Shown: piece by piece, positions 37,327-45,920 of the stretch | Layout of the letters: every line of letters begins with the position of its first letter | How positions within the stretch are numbered: the first letter of the stretch is position 1 | From: Candidatus Binatia bacterium | GTDB taxonomy: Bacteria > Desulfobacterota > Binatia > Bin18 | Direction of reading: 5' to 3' | Length of the DNA stretch: 64,000 nucleotides | Assembly: GCA_965231775.1 (NCBI GenBank) | Contig: OZ246888.1 | Coordinates: forward strand, 2,074,947-2,138,946 | Position numbers and translations under genes: made by a program | Notes under the pieces: generated by a model | What the model was told of the DNA's origin: nothing | The model's input: the letters and a program-made list of their open reading frames with translations, nothing else | The model's database searches: none

Positions 37327-38469
37327 CTACAATCCGAGTGTCTGCGCAAATTGGTCGAAACTCCGGCCATGCAGACCCGTGAGGCGATACGCGTCACGGT
37401 ACAGTAGCCGGCCCTCCCGCGCTGCACGAATGACCGCGCTACCGAAGCGACGGCCGACACGTCCCCGTTGCGCGTTGTAGAAATTCCCCCCACTCGATTG
37501 CTGCGCAGATCTTCGCCGTTCGTCAGCCTTGTATCGATCCAGGAATCCGTAGAAATCGTCTCCCGCCATCAACTCTCGATCCAACACTCGCCGGGCCGCT
37601 ACGAGGGGGCTGACCTTGAAGCGCCTCGCCAGCGCTTGAAACGGTTCGGCCGACTCGGCCACGCTCGGCCAGCAGCCATCAAGCTCGTCTCCCGGAATCA
37701 GTACTTCCGCCGCAACCTCGTTACAAAATCTTTCAACATCATCGTCGTAGGGCTGGAGGTTCACCAAGTTGAACACACCGCCTGTCCCCAACCACAGGTG
37801 GGCCAGTTCGTGCGCCAGGGTAAACATCTGAGCAGACGTGAAGTCCGCTCCGTTGATGAAGATTAAAGGCGCGTAATCGTCGCAGAGCACAAATCCCCGA
37901 AATTCCTCCGGGTCCAGTTTCTGTCGCGTATTGTTCTCCACGACGCCGTTGACGACGACCAAAACACCTATCTCTTCCACCGCCTGCCGAAGCCCAACGA
38001 GCGCGGCGGACCATGTAGGGTGCGTGCTCGCCCAGCCATCATCGACACCGAGTGTCCTTCGGATATTGTTGGCCGCGTCCACGCGACTCGAAGCCAACGT
38101 GACAGTCCCGACGAAGGCAAGAGGTTCTTCGCCTACCTCGATAAGATATTCGCGCATCCACTCTTGCCGCCGCTGCATTTGCCGCACAGTGGTTATCAGT
38201 GCCGCGCTCGGCCGCGCCGGCTGCTGGCCTTTGAGGGTGCGAAAATCAGCAACCGGTAATTTCTCATCCGGCGGCTCCTCTAAAAGCAAGGCTCCGAAGG
38301 GTGTGAGCGTCGCCTTTGCAAACCGCTCCAATTGCTTAAACGTCGGCTGCGCCTCACCGCCTTCCCACTGTGGCAGCTTCGGGAAGCGCTTCGCCAAGTC
38401 AGACATGTCCTTTCCCGAGCGCTCGCGCGCCCAGCGAACCACTGCGGGGTTCACCGCGACCTTGTTCAT
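37327..38469 (-). CDS. HTH (XRE-like) + ImmA/IrrE family metallopeptidase (DUF955).
   Basis: HELAHLWLG is the HExxH zinc peptidase motif, and the N-terminus is HTH-like. The start is chosen at MNKVAVNP; the track begins at 38511. Confidence 0.75.
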   Translation of the reverse strand: MNKVAVNPAVVRWARERSGKDMSDLAKRFPKLPQWEGGEAQPTFKQLERFAKATLTPFGALLLEEPPDEKLPVADFRTLKGQQPARPSAALITTVRQMQRRQEWMREYLIEVGEEPLAFVGTVTLASSRVDAANNIRRTLGVDDGWASTHPTWSAALVGLRQAVEEIGVLVVVNGVVENNTRQKLDPEEFRGFVLCDDYAPLIFINGADFTSAQMFTLAHELAHLWLGTGGVFNLVNLQPYDDDVERFCNEVAAEVLIPGDELDGCWPSVAESAEPFQALARRFKVSPLVAARRVLDRELMAGDDFYGFLDRYKADERRRSAQQSSGGNFYNAQRGRVGRRFGSAVIRAAREGRLLYRDAYRLTGLHGRSFDQFAQTLGL

Positions 38470-38517
38470 ATTGATAACACAGCACCCTGACCGGCTACGG
38501 TCAATCTTCAAAGTCGT

Positions 38518-39903
38518 CTATCGCTCAGCATATGCCGCGTCAATCAGAGCTTTAGCCTTATCAAACTGCTTTGGTTCGGCTTCCCCATCCGGCAACCGTA
38601 CAGCTGCCTCGCGCACGTCGAGCTTGCCGGTGACGACATCGGCGATCAGGCGGGTGCGGTATTCGTGGAGGATAGCTTGCTCTTTGCGGCAATTACCTAT
38701 CGCTATGGCGATCTTGCTCTGTTCCTCATCCAGGACCGCAGCGATTCGGTCCTGTTCGGACACTGGTGGAACCGCGATCAAGAGGGCCTTGATGTCCGCG
38801 ACGTTAATTCGATTGAACGTTGAACCGACAAGGAGCAATGCAAGTTGATCTGACATGACCTTGCTGTGCAGGAAGTAGTTTAGCCATCGCTGGTTCTCGG
38901 AAGAGGACCTGATGAGACATACATCTTGTCCCATCGCGAAACGATCCTCTGTCGTGACAAGGGCAGCGGCCCCAACGCTTACGTTGCGGCAATAGATCAG
39001 GTCTCCAGGCCGAGGCTCCCTTCCTCCTTCGATCAGCTTCTCATACCATTCGGGAGTGGTACGGTTTGATGCTTTGAAGTTTAGCTCGAAGGACTGTGCT
39101 TCCCGTACGCTGGCCAAGGGAATACCACCATCGACGAAAGGCACTGTAAGGTGCTTGCAGTCGATAACCTGCCATTTCCTCCGGAGTGCAACCACCTCCC
39201 AATGCTCCGGCACCTCCCCCAGCCACTCCACGCCGGAGGGCTTGTAGACCGGGTAGGGCTGGCCGGTGCGGATGTCGATCTGGCCGGTGACGGCTTGGTG
39301 GATGAGGGCCTGCTTCTGCTCTTCCAGCAGCGCAATCAGCTTCTCCTTGGCGTGGATGTAGCACCGGATGCGCCGGTCGGCGTGGTCGAGGAAGCGGGCG
39401 ATGGCGGTTTGTTCGGAGAGGGGCGGGACACCCAGCTCTATATTCCTAACCTGCTTTGATGAGAGATGTTTGACGGTCGTAGAGTGTGCAAGGTCCCCAA
39501 TGATCTTTAATGGTAGTTCAACAGCGCGGACAATAAACCCTGCGCGGGAGGAATTTTTCGCTCGGAGACAACACATCCTCTGATTTAGCAAGGCGGCCGG
39601 TCCCCGCCATCGCGCAACGTTGAACAATCCGTCCATCCCCACGATGATATCACCCGTTTCAATCAGAGCCTCTTCAACGATGGCACCACCGTAATTCACC
39701 TCTGTCTTGATAGCGTGCAAATCGCGAATCCGAATAAGCGGTGTTCCTTCTCCCTTCACAAAGTACTGCGAGTCAAAGGGATAGCCGTTGACTACTGTGG
39801 CAATGCTGGACAAACGAGACACCTCCCAATGTGCCGGCACCTCTCCCAGCCACGGCACACCGGAATCCTTGTAGGCAGGGTAGGGTTTCAGTTCGGCGGC
39901 CAT
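38518..39903 (-). CDS. hsdS: Type I restriction-modification specificity subunit (two target-recognition domains).
   Basis: Duplicated architecture with a repeated WLGEVPxHWEV...L and the central and C-terminal conserved helices of HsdS. 461 aa. Confidence 0.85.
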   Translation of the reverse strand: MAAELKPYPAYKDSGVPWLGEVPAHWEVSRLSSIATVVNGYPFDSQYFVKGEGTPLIRIRDLHAIKTEVNYGGAIVEEALIETGDIIVGMDGLFNVARWRGPAALLNQRMCCLRAKNSSRAGFIVRAVELPLKIIGDLAHSTTVKHLSSKQVRNIELGVPPLSEQTAIARFLDHADRRIRCYIHAKEKLIALLEEQKQALIHQAVTGQIDIRTGQPYPVYKPSGVEWLGEVPEHWEVVALRRKWQVIDCKHLTVPFVDGGIPLASVREAQSFELNFKASNRTTPEWYEKLIEGGREPRPGDLIYCRNVSVGAAALVTTEDRFAMGQDVCLIRSSSENQRWLNYFLHSKVMSDQLALLLVGSTFNRINVADIKALLIAVPPVSEQDRIAAVLDEEQSKIAIAIGNCRKEQAILHEYRTRLIADVVTGKLDVREAAVRLPDGEAEPKQFDKAKALIDAAYAER

Positions 39904-39906
39904 TTG

Positions 39907-39960
39907 TCAGTCAAAAAGCGTTTTCGCGACCTCGTTGCCCGAGAGGTCACGGAGCAGCTT
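39907..39960 (-). pseudogene. Possible truncated hicA-like toxin remnant (17 codons, MKLLRDLSGNEVAKTLFD*) overlapping the hsdS start.
   Basis: Short ORF immediately 3' of the hicB-like gene. Its N-terminus resembles the HicA/YcfA start, but it ends in a stop just where hsdS begins. Confidence 0.2.
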
Positions 39961-40172
39961 CATACCGCGATGGCCTCTTCCTTGATGAGATGGAGCCTGA
40001 TGGCTCTTGGTGCGGTGTCTTCGTCGAAATGGCAGAGGACCGCGTCCTTCACCATGTCTTTCAGGTCGTCCCAATCATCGCCCTGGGTGAAAATACTGTA
40101 CCCAAGCGCTCGGGCGTCGTACCCGCCTTCAACTGCCTCCGTGACCTCGAAAATGATCTCGGTCGGTCTCAT
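39960..40172 (-). CDS. hicB: HicB-like (UPF0150) antitoxin.
   Basis: MRPTEIIFEVTEAVEGGYDARALGYSIFTQGDDWDDLKDMVKDAV fits the UPF0150/HicB N-terminal domain. The track ORF starts at 40193. Confidence 0.55.
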   Translation of the reverse strand: MRPTEIIFEVTEAVEGGYDARALGYSIFTQGDDWDDLKDMVKDAVLCHFDEDTAPRAIRLHLIKEEAIAV

Positions 40173-40235
40173 CGAATAATCCTCCGTGTGCATCTCTGCA
40201 CGCGTCGCCCCTCCGATTGGCGTCGGCGCGCATGT

Positions 40236-42221
40236 TCATGACTTGCTGTTACCCCCGATGATCTCGTCCAACAACCCCTCCGTCTCTTGCTCCAGTGACA
40301 GAATATCCGCCCGGATGTCCGCTAGCGTCCGCAGGGGCTGCGGCTTGTAGAAGTAGCGGGTGAAGCTGATCTCGTAGCCGACCTTCACGTTGTCGGGCTG
40401 ATACCAGGCGTCAGAGGCGTAGGGCAGGACCTCGCGCTGTAGGAAGGCTTCGATCCCGCCCGCCTCTTGCAATGGAATCTGCTCGGTGTCGCGCAGGTCG
40501 GTGTCGGGCTCGTACTCCACCACGGCGGGTTTGCCGTTGATGGTGGTGGCGAACAGGCCACGTAACGAGTCAGCTTCCGTGCCTTTCTTGTGAAATTTCT
40601 TGATGACGGGTGGCGCGTCCTCGCTGCGCTCGCCGTTTTCTTTGAGCTTCTTGATCTCGGCAGCCTTGTAGGCGCGATTGGGGTCAGTGCCTTGGATACG
40701 CAGCGGTCGCTCGACCGTGACCTTCCAATAGCCGAAGGCGGCGTTGTCGAATATTTTGCTCTGCTGGCTCTCCTTGAAGTCAAGAAAGGTGTCGCAGATA
40801 CGAGCGATGTCTTCCTCTGACAGCTCACAGTTCTTCTTGCCCAGGTTCTTGCGCAAAGGCCGGTACCAGGTAGTAGCGTCGATCAACTGCACCTTGCCCC
40901 GGCGATGCGCGGGCTTGCGGTTGGTCAGCACCCAGACGTAGGTGGCGATGCCGGTGTTGTAGAACATATTGAGGGGCAGAGCGACGATGGCCTCCAGCCA
41001 GTCGTTCTCGATAATCCAGCGGCGGATATTGCTCTCGCCCTGCCCGGCGTCGCCGGTGAACAGCGAGCTACCGTTGTGCACCTCGGCGATGCGGCTGCCG
41101 AGCGGGGTGTCCTGCTTCATCTTGGAGAGCTTGTTGGCGAGAAAAAGCATCTGACCGTCGCTCGAACGGGTGACCAGCGAATACTCGGGGTCGCCGGCAT
41201 GTTCGATCACGAAGCGCGGGTCGCGCATGTCCTGCTTGCCGCCCATGCGCTCCAGGTCGGTCTTCCAGCTCTTGCCGTAGGGCGGGTTGGACAGCATGAA
41301 ATCGAACTCGCGGGCCGGGAAGGCATCGTTGGCCAGGGTGGAGTGTTCCGGGCCGCCCACGATGTTGTCGGCGGCTTCTCCCTCACCCTTGAGCAAGAGG
41401 TCGGCGGTGCAGATGGCGTAGGTCTCGGCGTTGATCTCCTGGCCGTAGAGATGGGTGGATACGTCCTTGTCGTACTCGGCGGCGAGTTGCCGCAGGGTGT
41501 CTTCGGCCACGGTCAGCATGCCGCCGGTGCCGTAAGCGCCGTCATAGAGCAGATAGGTGCCGGATTTGATTGCGTCGGCAATGGGTAGGAAAACGAGCCT
41601 GGCCATGAGGGTTACGGCGTCGCGCGGGGTCCAGTGTTCGCCGGCCTCCTCGTTGTTCTCCTCGTTGAAGCGGCGCACCAGCTCCTCGAAGATCGAACCC
41701 ATGCCGTGGTTGTCGAGGCCGGGGTGTTTGACCGAGCCGTCGGTGTTGAGGACCGGGGCTGGGCTCAGGTTGATATCGGGCGAGGTGAGCTTCTCGATCA
41801 GCGTGCCCAGGGCGTCGGCTTTGGACAGGCGCGTAATCTGGTTGCGAAACTCGAAGTTGTCGAGGATGTCCTGCACGTTGGGCGAGAACCCATTGAGGTA
41901 GTCTTCAAAGTCTGCCGTCAACTGCTGGCGATTGGCGCGGGCTCTGAGGTCGCGCAGGGTGAACTTGGAGGTGTTGTAGAACGCCTGGCCCGCGGCCTGG
42001 CGCAGGGCCGGGTCCTGTTCGACCACGCCCGCCGTATCGAGGCTGGCCCGCATGTCCAGGACGGCCTGCTTGCTGTCTTCCAGGACCGCATCCAGCCGGC
42101 GCAGTACGGTCATGGGCAGGATCACGTCGCGATACTTGCCACGCACGTACAGGTCGCGCAGCACGTCGTCGGCAATGCCCCAGATGTAGTTGGCAATCCA
42201 GTTCAGGTCGGTGGTGCTCAT
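40236..42221 (-). CDS. hsdM: Type I restriction-modification DNA methyltransferase (N6-adenine).
   Basis: FMLSNPPYGKSWK is the NPPY catalytic motif, and the N-terminal HsdM domain begins MSTTDLNWIANYIWGIADDVLR. The start is chosen at 42221; the track extends to 42431. Confidence 0.9.
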   Translation of the reverse strand: MSTTDLNWIANYIWGIADDVLRDLYVRGKYRDVILPMTVLRRLDAVLEDSKQAVLDMRASLDTAGVVEQDPALRQAAGQAFYNTSKFTLRDLRARANRQQLTADFEDYLNGFSPNVQDILDNFEFRNQITRLSKADALGTLIEKLTSPDINLSPAPVLNTDGSVKHPGLDNHGMGSIFEELVRRFNEENNEEAGEHWTPRDAVTLMARLVFLPIADAIKSGTYLLYDGAYGTGGMLTVAEDTLRQLAAEYDKDVSTHLYGQEINAETYAICTADLLLKGEGEAADNIVGGPEHSTLANDAFPAREFDFMLSNPPYGKSWKTDLERMGGKQDMRDPRFVIEHAGDPEYSLVTRSSDGQMLFLANKLSKMKQDTPLGSRIAEVHNGSSLFTGDAGQGESNIRRWIIENDWLEAIVALPLNMFYNTGIATYVWVLTNRKPAHRRGKVQLIDATTWYRPLRKNLGKKNCELSEEDIARICDTFLDFKESQQSKIFDNAAFGYWKVTVERPLRIQGTDPNRAYKAAEIKKLKENGERSEDAPPVIKKFHKKGTEADSLRGLFATTINGKPAVVEYEPDTDLRDTEQIPLQEAGGIEAFLQREVLPYASDAWYQPDNVKVGYEISFTRYFYKPQPLRTLADIRADILSLEQETEGLLDEIIGGNSKS

Positions 42222-42374
42222 CTTTTTGCGTATCCCTGAGGGGCCTGTAGCGGATATCACACGGAACGCAGGACACAACACTCCGGGCGTGTACCGAAGG
42301 GCAGAGGCGAGGCAGGGGCCTACGGAACAGAGGAGAGCCTTACGGATCGCGGGGCAGGCGTCAATCCCTGCTCT

Positions 42375-42540
42375 TATGTGGGTGTCGGCGAACCCACTCA
42401 TGCCGATGCCATCCTCGACCGGTTGGTGCACAACGCCTATCGCATCGAGCTGAGGGGCGAATCGATGCGAAAAATCAACGCCGGGAGAGGTAGACGACTC
42501 AAGGCCAAGGTTTTACTGTACGAAGGCTATGAGGGAGAAT
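42375..42540 (+). mobile_element. IS21-family istB C-terminal remnant (pseudogene fragment).
   Basis: Frame translation ...[43 protein letters not shown]...* matches the conserved IstB C-terminus (AILDRL..H....I.L.GeSyR). No N-terminal ATPase part or istA is present. Confidence 0.55.
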
Positions 42541-42544
42541 CATA

Positions 42545-44083
42545 ATGAGTTCCGATAAAACCGGCGGCTCCGTAGGCGCGCCGACAGACAGCGAACTGCG
42601 CGCGGCCGCGCAGGCTTTATTTCTCGATCTGGATCGGGGCGACGTGGATTTCTTCGCAACCGCGATGGGCAAGTTCGTCGACGACTACAATGCCATCGAC
42701 GCCATGGACGCGCCGACCCTGCCGACGAAATATCCGCGCGGTGAGGGTTATCGCCCGACCGGCGATGAGAACCGTTACGGTGCCTGGCAGTGGAAGTGTT
42801 CGATCAAGGGCGCGGCGTCCGGCAAGCTCGTCGGCAAACGCGTCGCCATCAAGGACAACATCAGCGTTGCGGGCATGCCTATGCTGAACGGCTCGGCGCT
42901 GTATGAAGGCTTTATCGCCGACGAAGATGCGACCGTCGTGACCCGCGTGCTCGATGCCGGCGGCGAAGTGGTCGGCAAGGCCGTGTGCGAAAACTTCTGC
43001 TATTCCGGCGGCAGCCATACGTCGGCTTCGGGTCCGGTGAGGAACCCGCGCGACCCCGACTTCATGACCGGCGGCTCGTCGAGCGGCTGTGCCGCATTGA
43101 TTCTGACGGGTGAATGCGACATGGCGATCGGCAGCGACCAGGGCGGCTCCGTACGCATGCCGAGCTCGTGGTCTGGCTGCGTCGGGATCAAGCCGACTCA
43201 CGGCCTCGTGCCCTATACCGGCGCCGGACCCATCGAGCACACTATCGATCACCTCGGGCCGATGGCTGCCTCGAGCGTCGATTGCGCCCTGTTACTCGAG
43301 GTAATCGCGGGCTACGACGATGGCCTCGACCCGCGCCAGGTGGCGGCATTGCCGGCAAAACCCTATAGCGAACTCGTCGGCCGGGGGATTGAGGGGCTGC
43401 GGATCGGTATCGTTCGCGAAGGCTTCGGCGCGCCGGGCTCGGAAGCGGACGTGGATGAATCCGTGCTGGCCGCGGCCCGGCGGCTGCAGGAAGCCGGTGC
43501 CGTGGTCGCAGAAATCTCCATCCCCATGCACACCGAGGCATTGAAGATCATGTTCGCAGGTTCTGTCGACGGGACGCTGTCAACGTGGAGCGATCAGGGT
43601 CCGGCGGGCGGAAACGCAGATGGCCACCACCCACTCGGAGCGATCCGCTTCTTTCAGGAGGCGCGCAAAACCCGGGCGGCGGAACTGCCGGACATGGCCA
43701 AGACCGTGCTGTTGTTCGCGCAGGTCATGCGCGCACGGTACGGCAACTATTATTCCGCCAAGGCCCAAAACCTCGTCCGCACGCTCCGTGCCGCCTACGA
43801 TCTCGCGTTTGATAAATGCGACCTGCTGGTGATGCCGACGACCGTGATGAAAGCACACCGGATCCCACCACCGGACGCATCCCGTGAAGTCGTCATGGGG
43901 CTCACGCTCGACATGATCGGCAACACCGCGCCCTTCGATGCGACGAGCCATCCGTCGATGAGCGTGCCGACTGGTCTGTCGAACGGCCTGCCCGTCGGCA
44001 TGATGATCACAGGACGCTACGGTGAGGACGATGTCGTGCTGCGCGCCGGGCATGCGTTCGAGACGTTGCGTGGACCGTTTTGA
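42545..44083 (+). CDS. Amidase-signature family amidase.
   Basis: GGSSSGCAALI (GGSS[SG]G) and KDNISVAGMP. RBS GAGGGAG precedes the start. 512 aa. Confidence 0.85.
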   Translation: MSSDKTGGSVGAPTDSELRAAAQALFLDLDRGDVDFFATAMGKFVDDYNAIDAMDAPTLPTKYPRGEGYRPTGDENRYGAWQWKCSIKGAASGKLVGKRVAIKDNISVAGMPMLNGSALYEGFIADEDATVVTRVLDAGGEVVGKAVCENFCYSGGSHTSASGPVRNPRDPDFMTGGSSSGCAALILTGECDMAIGSDQGGSVRMPSSWSGCVGIKPTHGLVPYTGAGPIEHTIDHLGPMAASSVDCALLLEVIAGYDDGLDPRQVAALPAKPYSELVGRGIEGLRIGIVREGFGAPGSEADVDESVLAAARRLQEAGAVVAEISIPMHTEALKIMFAGSVDGTLSTWSDQGPAGGNADGHHPLGAIRFFQEARKTRAAELPDMAKTVLLFAQVMRARYGNYYSAKAQNLVRTLRAAYDLAFDKCDLLVMPTTVMKAHRIPPPDASREVVMGLTLDMIGNTAPFDATSHPSMSVPTGLSNGLPVGMMITGRYGEDDVVLRAGHAFETLRGPF

Positions 44084-44216
44084 GCGCTCGCGGAACGCTG
44101 CCGACGGATCAGCCTTGCCGCATCGGCGCCGGGCGGCCACCAGGAAGAGACCCGTTAATGACGGGTTTGCAGAACTCCGACATTCATAGTCGCAAGCCTA
44201 ATCATGGGAGAGTGCG

Positions 44217-45920
44217 ATGAGTTCACATAGCGAAATTCACTACGAGGTCGTCTGGCCGAAATCGCCGCTAGCGGTACAGACACGGCATCCCGCCGAGCGG
44301 CTCGATACGCTCGAGGGCAAACGAGTCGGGTTCCTGTGGGATTTCCTGTTTCGCGGTCACGAGCTTTTTCCGGTCATAGAAAAAGAGCTGCAGAACCGTT
44401 TCACCGGGATCGAAATCGTCGGGTACGACGAATTCGGCAACACGCACGGGGGCGATGAAGCCGCGGTGATTGCGGCCCTTCCTAACCGGTTGCGTGACCG
44501 CCGTATCGACGCCGTCGTCTCCGGGGTGGGATGTTGAGGGAGTTGTACGCCCGCCGTGATGCGGGCGTCGGTTGTCGCGGAAGCCGCCGGGGTGCCGTCG
44601 GTGTCGCTGGTCTGTGAAGGTTTCGAACGCCAGGCGTCGGCCACCGGTCGCGGCGCGGGATTCGACGGACTTCCCCTCGGCGTGCTGCGCGGGCACGTGG
44701 ACGCTCAGAGCCACGACGAGATGATCGGCTACCTGCGTGACTCGACACTTGACCAGATCATAGCCGGTCTCACCAGCGCACCGGTCGTCAGTGAGGGCGC
44801 TGCCGCCGAGCCCGCGCCACTGGATGTCGTTGCCACGGGAACGATTGACGATATCAACGAACGTTTCAGCGTTGAGGGGTGGAGCGACGGCCTGCCGGTC
44901 ATTCCGCCGACCCAGGACCGGGTCGCGGCGTTTCTCGCCGCGCTGAACGATAACCCCTGGAGAGTAATCGGCACCGCCCGGCCCTCGGGCCGCGATATCT
45001 CGGTCTGGTCGGTTGCCGTCAATGCCGTCATGACCGGTTGTCAGCCTCGGCACCTGCCCGTGCTCTTGGCGCTCGCCGAAATCATTGCCGATCCCGGTTA
45101 CGGCGTCGAGCACTCGGGCAACACCACCGGGGCCGACGCCCTCGTCATCGTGAATGGGCCGTCGATGGCCGAACTCGGCTTCAACGCCCGGCAGGGGGTA
45201 CTTCGGGAGGGCGCCCACGCGAATACCAGCGTCGCCCGATGGCTCCGGCTGTACCTGCGCAATGTCTGTGGATTCACCGCCGATGAACACGACAAGGCCA
45301 CGTTCGGTAACAGCACCCGGGTGGTATTGGCCGAAGATGAGCAGACGCTGACCGACATCGGCTGGCAACCACTGAGTGCGGAGTTCGGGTTCGGGCGGGG
45401 CGACGACGTGGTCACCATGGCCCGCATGAACAGTGGCCTCATCCTTGGCAGCGTCTTCGGATCGACAGGCGATGCGATTGTGCCGTATCTGGCCGACGGC
45501 CTCGTTCGAGTCAGTGGCTGGGACCTCGCGCACATCTACGGGTTCGGACAGGGCCATTATCGACCGCTGCTGATCCTTTCCCCGATACTGGCGCGCACAT
45601 TCGCCCGATCCGGCTGGAGTAAGGATGACGTCAAGCAGGCGCTGTTCATGAAGGCACGGCTGCCGGCGGCCAGGTTCGAGCAGCTCATCGGCGAGTGGAG
45701 CAACATCGATGCGGGGCGCCGACCCCTGTTCGAACTGGCGACCGAAGGTCTGGTCCCGCCGGTCTTCGGCGAGTCCAACGATCCGCAACGCCTCGTGCCG
45801 ATCGTGACCGAGGCCTCGAAGTTTCTGATCGCCGTTGCAGGCGACCCGAACCGGAACAATGCCTACGTAATGAGTAACGATGGCCCGCACGGTGACTGGA
45901 CGGCCAAGGCCGTACCATGA
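44217..45920 (+). CDS. Fused UGSC-motif selenoprotein domain plus partner domain, with an in-frame TGA (Sec) at 44535-44537.
   Basis: Track ORFs 44217..44537 and 44556..45920 share a frame and are separated by a TGA. Read-through gives ...AVVSGVGC-U-GSCTPAVMRASVVAEAAG...ERFSVEGWSDGLPVIPPTQDRV... An 8-bp hairpin follows 9 nt downstream. The stop overlaps the transporter start. Confidence 0.7.
44547..44568 (+). promoter_or_regulatory. Candidate SECIS hairpin (acgcccgc-CGTGAT-gcgggcgt).
   Basis: Perfect 8-bp stem with a GU-containing loop, 9 nt after the UGA. Confidence 0.5.

Noticed and set aside
42190-42453. An 87-aa plus-strand ORF lies upstream of the amidase.
   Set aside because: It is in a different frame from the IstB-like C-terminal remnant and has no conservation signal. 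It is better explained as the hsdM leader plus the IS21 scar.
44268-45890. A 540-aa minus-strand ORF is the longest ORF in that region.
   Set aside because: It is Arg/Gly/Pro-rich and antisense to the well-conserved UGSC-fusion gene on the plus strand. This is the classic high-GC antisense artifact.
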